A DNA stretch of 32,000 nucleotides, taken from positions 3,360,001-3,392,000 of the forward strand of contig NC_009664.2 of the NCBI RefSeq assembly GCF_000017305.1, written 5' to 3'. Positions 24,371 through 30,412 of this stretch are shown here, piece after piece. The DNA is from Kineococcus radiotolerans SRS30216 = ATCC BAA-149. Lineage in GTDB: Bacteria; Actinomycetota; Actinomycetes; Actinomycetales; Kineococcaceae. Position 1 is the stretch's first letter; each line of letters begins with the position of its first letter. Position numbers and translations under genes: made by a program. Under the pieces are notes generated by a model that saw only the letters and a program-made list of their open reading frames with translations, searched no databases and was not told the origin of the DNA.

Positions 24371-24400
24371 ACTGTAGGCCCACGGCGCCCGCCGTCACAA
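24371..24400 (-). promoter_or_regulatory. Predicted promoter of the nrtR-nad operon
   Basis: On the - strand: -35 TTGTGA (24400-24395), an 18-bp spacer, then -10 TACAGT (24376-24371, TAnnnT). The low-GC patch 24333-24358 would lie just downstream of the inferred start site. Confidence 0.35.
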
Positions 24401-24486
24401 GCCGCCCGCGCGCCGCGCCCGCGCCGCCCCCGTGCCGCGCCCGCCGCGGGCGGTGCGGGTCCTCGCGACCGGTCCCGGGATTCGGG

Positions 24487-24516
24487 GTGACAACCGCGCG
24501 GGTGCAGTCGTACCGT
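24487..24516 (+). promoter_or_regulatory. Predicted promoter of a long leader preceding the MFS gene
   Basis: -35 GTGACA (24487-24492), an 18-bp spacer, then -10 TACCGT (24511-24516). The predicted riboswitch promoter at 28448-28477 has the same architecture. Confidence 0.35.
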
Positions 24517-24548
24517 TGGAGGACACGGGAAGGAGGTGGTCCGAACAC

Positions 24549-24587
24549 ATGGTTTCTCATCGGACGCGTGAGGTGGCTGCCCGCTAG
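24549..24587 (+). CDS. Candidate 12-codon upstream ORF / leader peptide (MVSHRTREVAAR*)
   Basis: The ATG at 24549 is preceded by GGAAGGAGGTGG (24527-24539), a long match to the anti-SD, although the AGGAGG core is 12 nt from the ATG. It sits in the lowest-GC patch of the spacer. The TAG stop lies in the loop of a GCTGC/GCAGC hairpin. Confidence 0.25.
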   Translation: MVSHRTREVAAR

Positions 24588-24802
24588 CAGCTGCGTGCAG
24601 GACGCGGACCGCTCTGGTCGCCCCGCGCAGCGCGGCGAATCCACGGCAGTCACCGGGTCCCCGGGCGCCGGGTTGTCCACCGGCCCACGTCGACGGTCTC
24701 GTGACCGGCGGCGCGGAAGCGCCCGGGGACTTCTCCCTGTCCGGGCGCGGGAACCCCGTGCTCGACGGGAGGTGGCTCCGGGCCACCACCTACCCTGGAC
24801 CG

Positions 24803-26107
24803 GTGAGCGCACCGCCGGCCGGTCCCGGCCCCGTCCGACCCCGCCGCCGGTTCCTCGTCGACACCACCCCGCTGCGCGAGGTCCCCGCCTTCCGCGGCCT
24901 GTGGATCGGGCAGTCCCTGGCCGCGGTGGGCACCCAGCTCACCGTCGTCACCGTGGGGTTGCAGGTCTACGCGCTGACCTCCTCCACGTTCGCCGTCGGC
25001 CTCGTCGGGATCTTCGCCCTCGTCCCGCTCGTCGCCCTCGGGCTCTACGGCGGGTCCCTCGTCGACGCCCACGACCGGCGGCGCGTGGCGCTGCTCGCCT
25101 CCCTCGCCCTGTGGGTGCTCTCCCTCGCGGTCGCCGCCCAGGCGTGGGCGCACCTGGACTCCGTCGGCCTGCTCTACGGGCTCGTCGCGCTGCAGAGCGC
25201 CGCCTTCGCCGTCAACAACCCCGCCCGCTCGGCCATCGTCCCCGGGATCGTGCCCGCCGCGATGCTGCCCGCCGCGAACGCGCTGTCGGGGATGACCAAC
25301 GCCATCGCCCTCACCCTCGGGCCGCTGCTGGCCGGGCTGCTGGTGGGGACCTGGGGGTTCCAGGCCGCCTACACCGTGGACGCCGTGACCTTCGTGGCGG
25401 CGCTGGTCGGCGTGCAGCGCCTGCCGGCCATGCCGCCGGAGGTCTTGGCGGGCTCGCAGCGCCCGGGGCTGCGGTCGGTGCTGGAGGGGATCCGGTTCCT
25501 GGGCACCCGCCCCAACGTCCGGATGACGTTCCTCGTCGACCTCTGCGCCATGGTCCTCGCGATGCCCCGCGTCCTCTACCCGGCGCTGGGCGCCGCCGAG
25601 CTCGGCGGCGGGGCCCGCACCGTCGGCCTCCTCGGCGCCGGGTTCGCCGCCGGGTCCGTGCTGGCCGGGCTGTTCTCCGGCCCGCTGGGCGGGGTGCGGC
25701 GCCAGGGGGCCGTCGTCGTCGGCTGCATCGCCGTCTACGGCGCCTCGGTCGCCGGGTTCGGCCTCGTCCTGGTGCTCGCCCCCGCGGGCCAGACCGGGAA
25801 GCTCGCCCTCTGCGTCGCGCTGCTCGCGGTCTCCGGCGCCGCGGACGCGGTGAGCTCGGTCTTCCGCGGGACCATCCTGCAGGTCGCCACCCCCGACGCG
25901 CTGCGCGGGCGCCTGCAGGGGGTGTTCATCGTCGTCGTCGCCGGCGGACCCCGCCTCGGCGACCTCGTCCTCGGCTCCACGGCCTCGGCGGTGGGGGAGG
26001 GGCTCGCCGCGCTCGCGGGCGGGACGGCCTGCGTCGTCGCCGTGCTGGCCCTCGCCCGCGGCCAGCGGGGGTTCGTGCGCTACGACGCGCACGACCCCCG
26101 GCCCTGA
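24803..26107 (+). CDS. MFS transporter (EntS/MFS_3-like efflux type)
   Basis: 'RRRFLVDTTPLREVPAFRGLWIGQSLAAVGTQLTVVTVGLQVYALT...' is the typical MFS_3 N-terminus, with 12 hydrophobic segments. The start is taken as GTG 24803; the ORF opens at GTG 24701, which cannot be excluded. Confidence 0.88.
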   Translation: MSAPPAGPGPVRPRRRFLVDTTPLREVPAFRGLWIGQSLAAVGTQLTVVTVGLQVYALTSSTFAVGLVGIFALVPLVALGLYGGSLVDAHDRRRVALLASLALWVLSLAVAAQAWAHLDSVGLLYGLVALQSAAFAVNNPARSAIVPGIVPAAMLPAANALSGMTNAIALTLGPLLAGLLVGTWGFQAAYTVDAVTFVAALVGVQRLPAMPPEVLAGSQRPGLRSVLEGIRFLGTRPNVRMTFLVDLCAMVLAMPRVLYPALGAAELGGGARTVGLLGAGFAAGSVLAGLFSGPLGGVRRQGAVVVGCIAVYGASVAGFGLVLVLAPAGQTGKLALCVALLAVSGAADAVSSVFRGTILQVATPDALRGRLQGVFIVVVAGGPRLGDLVLGSTASAVGEGLAALAGGTACVVAVLALARGQRGFVRYDAHDPRP

Positions 26108-26108
26108 C

Positions 26109-27461
26109 TCAGCCCCTGACCCGGGCGTACTCCGCCAGGGCGACCTCCCGCTCGTGGGCGTGGTCGACGATGCGCTCGGGGTAGCCGTGGGCGTAGCCGT
26201 CGGCCGCCTCCCAGGGCGTGTGCACCGACTTCCCCGGGAGGTGGCGCAGCTCGGGGACGAAGCGGCGGACGTAGTCGCCGTCGGGGTCGAACCTCTGACC
26301 CTGGGTGACGGGGTTGAAGACCCGGAAGAACGGCGAGGCGTCGGTGCCGGAGCCCGCGACCCACTGCCAGCCGTGCATGTTGCTGGCCAGGTCCGCGTCG
26401 CGCAGCCAGTGCATGAACTCCCGCCCGCCGTGCTGCCACTCCACGTGCAGGTCCTTGACGAGGAAGCTCGCGGTGATCATCCGGACCCGGTTGTGCACCC
26501 ACCCGACGGCGCGCATCTGGCGCATCCCGGCGTCGACGATCGGGAAGCCGGTGCGGCCCTCGGCCCAGGCCCGGAACTGCTCCCCGGGTTCGGCGTAGCG
26601 CAGCCCGGCCAGCTGCGGCTTGTAGTACTCCCGGGCCGAGTCGGGGCGGTGCCACAGCACGTCGGCGTAGAAGTCGCGCCAGCACAGCTCGGTGGCGTAC
26701 GTCTCGGCCCCCTTCGAGGACTGCCCGCGCAGGGCCGCCAGCAGCGTCCGGGGGTGCAGCTCGCCCCACTTCAGCGCGTGCGAGAGCTGGGAGGTCCCGT
26801 CGCGGTCGGGGCGGTCGCGGTCCCCGTCGTAGTCGGCGAGGGCGTGGTCGAGGAAGCGGTGCCAGCGCTCGTGCGCGGCGTCCTCCCCGGCCTCGGGCAG
26901 GGTCAGCCCGCCGAGGTCGGGTTCGTCGGGCCAGTGCCCGCCGTCGACGCCCTCGCCGTCCCCGACCCAGCGCACCGCGCCGGGGGAGTCGGCCGGGGCG
27001 GGCCAGCCGTGCGCGCGCCAGGCCCGGGAGAACGGCGTGAACACTTGGAACGGGCTCCCGGACCCGGTGCGCAGGGTCCCCGGGCCGATCGCGTAGGGCG
27101 TGCCGGTCCGGACCAGCTCGCGCCCGCCCGCCGCGAGCGCGCGCCCGACGGCGTCGTCGCGGCGCCGCCCGAGGGGGCCGGCGTCGGCGGTGACGTGCAC
27201 CCGGGACGCCCCGATCCGGGCGGCCACGCGGTCCACGACCACCGCCGGGTCGCCGCGCTCGACGACGAGGGCCCCGCCCAGCGCGGCGTCCAGCGAGCGC
27301 AGCGAGCGCAGCAGGTAGGTGCGCCGGACGTCGCCGGAGGGACCCCACAGGGCGGGGTCGATCACGAAGAGGGGCAGGACGTCGCCGTCGGCGGCCGCGG
27401 CCAGCAGGGCCGGGTGGTCGCTGAGCCGGAGGTCGCGGCGGAACCACAGGACGCTGGTCAC
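26109..27461 (-). CDS. phr: Deoxyribodipyrimidine (CPD) photolyase
   Basis: 'VLWFRRDLRLSDHPAL' is the photolyase N-terminal domain. 'TGFPIVDAGMRQMRAVGWVHNRVRMITASFLVKDL...WQWVAGSGTDASPFFRVFNP' is the FAD-binding domain. GTG start. Confidence 0.95.
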   Translation of the reverse strand: MTSVLWFRRDLRLSDHPALLAAAADGDVLPLFVIDPALWGPSGDVRRTYLLRSLRSLDAALGGALVVERGDPAVVVDRVAARIGASRVHVTADAGPLGRRRDDAVGRALAAGGRELVRTGTPYAIGPGTLRTGSGSPFQVFTPFSRAWRAHGWPAPADSPGAVRWVGDGEGVDGGHWPDEPDLGGLTLPEAGEDAAHERWHRFLDHALADYDGDRDRPDRDGTSQLSHALKWGELHPRTLLAALRGQSSKGAETYATELCWRDFYADVLWHRPDSAREYYKPQLAGLRYAEPGEQFRAWAEGRTGFPIVDAGMRQMRAVGWVHNRVRMITASFLVKDLHVEWQHGGREFMHWLRDADLASNMHGWQWVAGSGTDASPFFRVFNPVTQGQRFDPDGDYVRRFVPELRHLPGKSVHTPWEAADGYAHGYPERIVDHAHEREVALAEYARVRG

Positions 27462-27499
27462 CCGCGGACGCTACCGGGGGCCCCGCCGCGGCGCGCGGC

Positions 27500-27536
27500 G
27501 GCGGAGGCGGGTGCGCGGTGGCGGAGGCAGGGTGCG
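27500..27536. repeat. Imperfect 16/17-nt direct repeat in the phr-ideR divergent spacer
   Basis: GGCGGAGGCGGGTGCG (27500-27515) and GGCGGAGGCAGGGTGCG (27520-27536). The period is 20 bp, with a one-base indel. Confidence 0.7.
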
Positions 27537-27556
27537 ACCACCGGTCCCGATGGCCG

Positions 27557-28252
27557 ATGATGGGCGCCGTGAGCGATCTCATCGACACCACCGAGATGTA
27601 CCTCAAGACGGTCTTCGAACTGGAAGAGGAAGGCATCGTGCCGATGCGCGCTCGCATCGCCGAGCGGCTGCACCACTCCGGGCCGACGGTCTCGCAGACG
27701 GTGGCGCGGATGGAGCGCGACGGGCTCCTGCACGTGGGCACCGACCGCCGGCTGGAGCTGACGGAGGCGGGCGAGGCGAAGGCCATGCGCGTCATGCGCA
27801 AGCACCGCCTCACCGAGCGCCTCCTCACCGACGTCATCGGGCTGGAGTGGAGCCTGGTCCACGAGGAGGCCTGCCGCTGGGAGCACGTCGTCTCCGAGGA
27901 GGTGGAGAAGCGGCTCGTGGCGATCCTGGACCACCCCCACTCCTCGCCGTACGGCAACCCCATCCCCGGTCTGGCCGAGCTGGGGGAGGACTGCGCGAGC
28001 GAGGACTTCCGCTCGGGCGTGCAGCCGCTGACCAGCCCCGGGCTGGAGGGCCGCGCGGTCGTGGTGCGCCGCCTCGGGGAGCCGCTGCAGACCGACGTGC
28101 CGCTGCTGGCCCGCCTGCACGCCGCGGGCCTGCTGCCCGGGGCCGAGGTCGTCGTGACGTCGGTCTCGCCCGGTGTCGCGGTGTCGGTCGGGGGAGCGGT
28201 GGTGGACCTGACGTCCACCGAGGCGTCGCACGTCTTCGTCGCGCCCGCCTGA
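27557..28252 (+). CDS. ideR: Iron-dependent repressor IdeR (DtxR family)
   Basis: 'DLIDTTEMYLKTVFELEEEGIVPMRARIAERLHHSGPTVSQTVARMERDGLL...MRKHRLTERLLTDVIGLEWSLVHEEACRWEHVVSEEVE...SSPYGNPIPG' is nearly collinear with mycobacterial IdeR as I recall it, and about 231 aa. The start is ATG 27557 or 27560. Confidence 0.95.
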   Translation: MMGAVSDLIDTTEMYLKTVFELEEEGIVPMRARIAERLHHSGPTVSQTVARMERDGLLHVGTDRRLELTEAGEAKAMRVMRKHRLTERLLTDVIGLEWSLVHEEACRWEHVVSEEVEKRLVAILDHPHSSPYGNPIPGLAELGEDCASEDFRSGVQPLTSPGLEGRAVVVRRLGEPLQTDVPLLARLHAAGLLPGAEVVVTSVSPGVAVSVGGAVVDLTSTEASHVFVAPA

Positions 28253-28284
28253 CCCGGTACCCGGGACCGCCCCGACGGCCCCCG

Positions 28285-28321
28285 CACCGTCCGTCACCGC
28301 CCACAGTGGTGACGGACGGTG
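28285..28321 (+). terminator. Stem-loop terminator after ideR
   Basis: CACCGTCCGTCACC (28285-28298) and GGTGACGGACGGTG (28308-28321) are perfect 14-nt complements with a 9-nt loop, 33 nt after the ideR stop. There is no U-tract, which is common in actinobacteria. Confidence 0.65.
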
Positions 28322-28447
28322 ACGGGGGCCGTGCTGCGCCGGCACCGAACCACCCGTGCGGGCCGATCCCGGGCGCCGGGTCGTCACTCCCCGCCACGAG
28401 ATGGCGGGTGGCCCGTCACGCGCCGGGCACCTGTTCGTCACCGGGTC

Positions 28448-28477
28448 GTGACATCCGGGTCGTGTCCGGGTTATGGT
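28448..28477 (+). promoter_or_regulatory. Predicted promoter of the riboswitch-NlpC/P60 transcript
   Basis: -35 GTGACA (28448-28453), an 18-bp spacer, then -10 TATGGT (28472-28477, TAnnnT). It is overlapped by CCGGGTCGTG direct repeats. Confidence 0.4.
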
Positions 28478-28494
28478 CCACCCGCATCCACGAC

Positions 28495-28705
28495 TGTGCG
28501 CGTGGACGCCCTCACGTGGACGCCGAGCCCTGCCACCACGTCGAGGTCCCCCGAGAACATTCATGGCAGGGGTGGGGGAACCACGTTTCCCGGGCGACGC
28601 CGGACCACCAGGTCCGGTCGAGCCCTTGGGGTGAAGCCGGTGCGAACCGGCCGGGCGATACTCCCGCCCGAACCCGACAGCTCACCTCGCAGGCGTCGGA
28701 GAGGC
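28495..28705 (+). promoter_or_regulatory. ydaO/yuaA-type cyclic-di-AMP riboswitch
   Basis: Conserved blocks recalled from the ydaO motif are present in order: GAGCC...GGGGTGGGGGAACCAC, GGGGTGAAGCC, GGGCGATA, and CCCGCCCGAACCCGACAGCTCACCTCGCAGGCGT. The element sits immediately upstream of a cell-wall hydrolase gene, the typical actinobacterial context. Boundaries are approximate. Confidence 0.75.
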
Positions 28706-28712
28706 CACCACC

Positions 28713-29606
28713 TTGACGACTCGCGTCCAGGCGCGCCACCGCGCCTCCGCTCGTGTTCGCACCCCCCTGACCGACCTGTCCGACAGCGTCGCCCGCACCG
28801 CCGGCGGCGCCGCCCGCACCGGTGCCGTCGTCGCCGCCGCCGGCGGGCTCCTCGTCTCCGTCGCCCTCCCCGCGGGCGCCGCGACGAGCGCCGCCCCCGC
28901 CGCCGTCGGCTCCACCCTCGCCTCGGCGGCCACCGCGGTCCCCGCGGCCTTCGGCACCACCGCCGCCGGCGTCGTCTCCGCCCCGGCCACGGCGACGGTC
29001 CTCTCGACCACCGCCACCTTCGCCGCCGCCCCGGCCCCCGCGCCGGTCGTCGTGGCCCCCGTCGTCGCCGCCCCGGCCATCGAGCGGGCGACCCGCACCT
29101 CCGACGCCGTCCCGGTCGTGGCCTCCAGCGTCGCCGCGCCCGCCCTCGTGGTCGAGCCCGCCCCGGTGGTCGCGGCCGTCGTCGCGGCCCCCGCCCCCGC
29201 TCCGGCCCCCGAGCCGGCTCCGGCCCCCGCGCCGGCCCCCGCCCCGCTGGGTCAGCGCATCCTCGAGGTGGCCGACGACTACGCCGGCGTCCCCTACGTC
29301 TACGGCGGCACCACCCCCTCCGGGTTCGACTGCTCCGGCTTCACCAGCTACGTGTACCGGCAGGTCGGCGTCGAGATCCCGCGCACCGCCAACGCCCAGA
29401 AGCAGGCCGCGGCCGGCATCTCCCGCGGCAACGCCGTCCCCGGCGACCTCGTGTTCTTCAGCAACGGCTCCGGCCGCGCCTACCACGTGGGGATCTACGC
29501 GGGCGGCAACACCATGTGGGACGCCCCCCGCGCCGGCAAGCCCGTCCAGCTGCGGGCGATCTGGTCCGACGCCGTCACCTTCGGGCGGCTCGCGCCCACG
29601 GCCTGA
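28713..29606 (+). CDS. Secreted NlpC/P60-family peptidoglycan endopeptidase
   Basis: TTG start 8 nt after GGAGAGG. There is an N-terminal signal/anchor region and a long Ala/Pro-rich linker (…APAPAPEPAPAPAPAPAP). The C-terminal catalytic domain is 'GVPYVYGGTTPSGFDCSGFTSYVYRQVGVEIPRTA...GDLVFF...HVGIY', with the NlpC/P60 Cys-His core. Confidence 0.9.
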   Translation: MTTRVQARHRASARVRTPLTDLSDSVARTAGGAARTGAVVAAAGGLLVSVALPAGAATSAAPAAVGSTLASAATAVPAAFGTTAAGVVSAPATATVLSTTATFAAAPAPAPVVVAPVVAAPAIERATRTSDAVPVVASSVAAPALVVEPAPVVAAVVAAPAPAPAPEPAPAPAPAPAPLGQRILEVADDYAGVPYVYGGTTPSGFDCSGFTSYVYRQVGVEIPRTANAQKQAAAGISRGNAVPGDLVFFSNGSGRAYHVGIYAGGNTMWDAPRAGKPVQLRAIWSDAVTFGRLAPTA

Positions 29607-29612
29607 CCCGCT

Positions 29613-29628
29613 CCACCCCGGCGGGTGG
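29613..29628 (+). terminator. Short GC hairpin after the NlpC/P60 gene
   Basis: CCACCC cggc GGGTGG, 7 nt after the stop, followed by gatt. Confidence 0.4.
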
Positions 29629-29645
29629 GATTCACCGGAAAGTTG

Positions 29646-29675
29646 CTGACTCCCCCACCCCTCCCGACGTAGGGT
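29646..29675 (+). promoter_or_regulatory. Predicted promoter of the His-rich sORF / HNH transcript
   Basis: -35 CTGACT (29646-29651), an 18-bp spacer, then -10 TAGGGT (29670-29675, TAnnnT). A 10-bp hairpin follows (GGGTGCCGTC/GACGGCACCC, 29672-29697), then the SD. Confidence 0.35.
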
Positions 29676-29709
29676 GCCGTCAACGACGACGGCACCCCAC
29701 GGAGGCCCG

Positions 29710-29886
29710 ATGACCAGGCACCACGGAGGCACGGCCCCCGTGGTGCCCCACGCCCTCCAGCACGCGGTGCACCACCACTGCGTGCACCACCACCATGTGC
29801 ACGTCGTCGCTCTCAGAGGCGCCCTCCCCACCGGGGACGGCGCCTCTCGTCGTCTCAGGAGGTGGATGTGCGCACTCTCGTGCTGA
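29710..29886 (+). CDS. Candidate histidine/cysteine-rich small protein (58 aa)
   Basis: The ATG lies 4 nt after GGAGG (29701-29705). The product is 'MTRHHGGTAPVVPHALQHAVHHHCVHHHHVHVVALRGALPTGDGASRRLRRWMCALSC'. Hand counts give GC at codon position 3 of 50/58 and at position 2 of 30/58, which is the coding-like asymmetry. The 3' end overlaps the HNH start by 19-25 nt. No recognisable family. Confidence 0.4.
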   Translation: MTRHHGGTAPVVPHALQHAVHHHCVHHHHVHVVALRGALPTGDGASRRLRRWMCALSC

Positions 29887-30362
29887 ACGCCGGCTTCGAG
29901 CCGCTCGCGGTGGTCTCCTTCCGCAGGGCCCTCGTCCTCGTCCTCGCCGGGAAGGCGTCGGTGGTCCTCGCCGACCCCGACCCCGTCGTCGGCGCGACGA
30001 TGAGCCTGGAACGGCCGTCGGTCATCCTGCTGACCCGCTACGTCCGCGTCCCCCGCGGGCAGGTGGTCCCGGTCAGCCGGCGCGGCGTCCTGCGCCGCGA
30101 CCACCAGCGCTGCGCCTACTGCCGCGGGCACGCCACGACCATCGACCACGTCCTGCCGCGCAGCCGCCGGGGGCCGGACACCTGGGAGAACCTCGTGGCC
30201 TGCTGCGTGCGGTGCAACAACGCCAAGGGCGACCGCACCCCCGAGGAGATGGGCTGGAGCATGCCCTTCCGGCCCACCGCGCCCCGCGGGGCGTCCTGGG
30301 CGGTGCGGGGCGCCGAGCAGCCCGACCCGCGCTGGGACGAGTTCCTGGCCGCGGCCGCCTGA
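29868..30362 (+). CDS. Small HNH endonuclease (His-Me finger, Zn-ribbon type)
   Basis: GTG 29868 lies 5 nt after AGGAGG; GTG 29862 is an alternative. 'RTLVLNAGFEPL...RRDHQRCAYCRGHATTIDHVLPRSRRGPDTWENLVACCVRCNNAKGDRTPEE' contains the HNH motif with CxxC...CxxC. Confidence 0.9.
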   Translation: MRTLVLNAGFEPLAVVSFRRALVLVLAGKASVVLADPDPVVGATMSLERPSVILLTRYVRVPRGQVVPVSRRGVLRRDHQRCAYCRGHATTIDHVLPRSRRGPDTWENLVACCVRCNNAKGDRTPEEMGWSMPFRPTAPRGASWAVRGAEQPDPRWDEFLAAAA

Positions 30363-30374
30363 GGCCCGAAAACC

Positions 30375-30400
30375 GCGAGCCCCCCGGGGGCCCGGCTCGC
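30375..30400 (+). terminator. GC hairpin after the HNH gene
   Basis: GCGAGCC (30375-30381) pairs with GGCTCGC (30394-30400) around a C5G5 core, 13 nt after the stop. The next gene starts 13 nt later, so termination may be partial. Confidence 0.35.
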
Positions 30401-30412
30401 TAGCGTCGGGAC

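Noticed and set aside
24312-24560. 82-codon minus-strand ORF (MRNHVFGPPPSRVLQRY...) ending in a GTGA overlap with the nrtR start
   Set aside because: The overlap is forced by the nrtR GTGA itself. Third-position GC is only about 78% by hand count, well below neighbouring genes. The product is Arg/Gly/Pro low-complexity, and it would run across the predicted nrtR promoter.
28822-29649. Pro/Ser/Arg-rich 275-aa alternative frame and 545-aa antisense ORF over the NlpC/P60 gene
   Set aside because: These are shadow frames. Only the 28713..29606 frame yields the NlpC/P60 catalytic Cys-His domain.
29868-30362. HNH gene as a homing endonuclease, mobile element or IscB/HEARO-type element
   Set aside because: There is no flanking transposase, intein/intron context, terminal repeats or RuvC/bridge-helix domains. 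At about 165 aa it fits the stand-alone housekeeping-type HNH family, not IscB.
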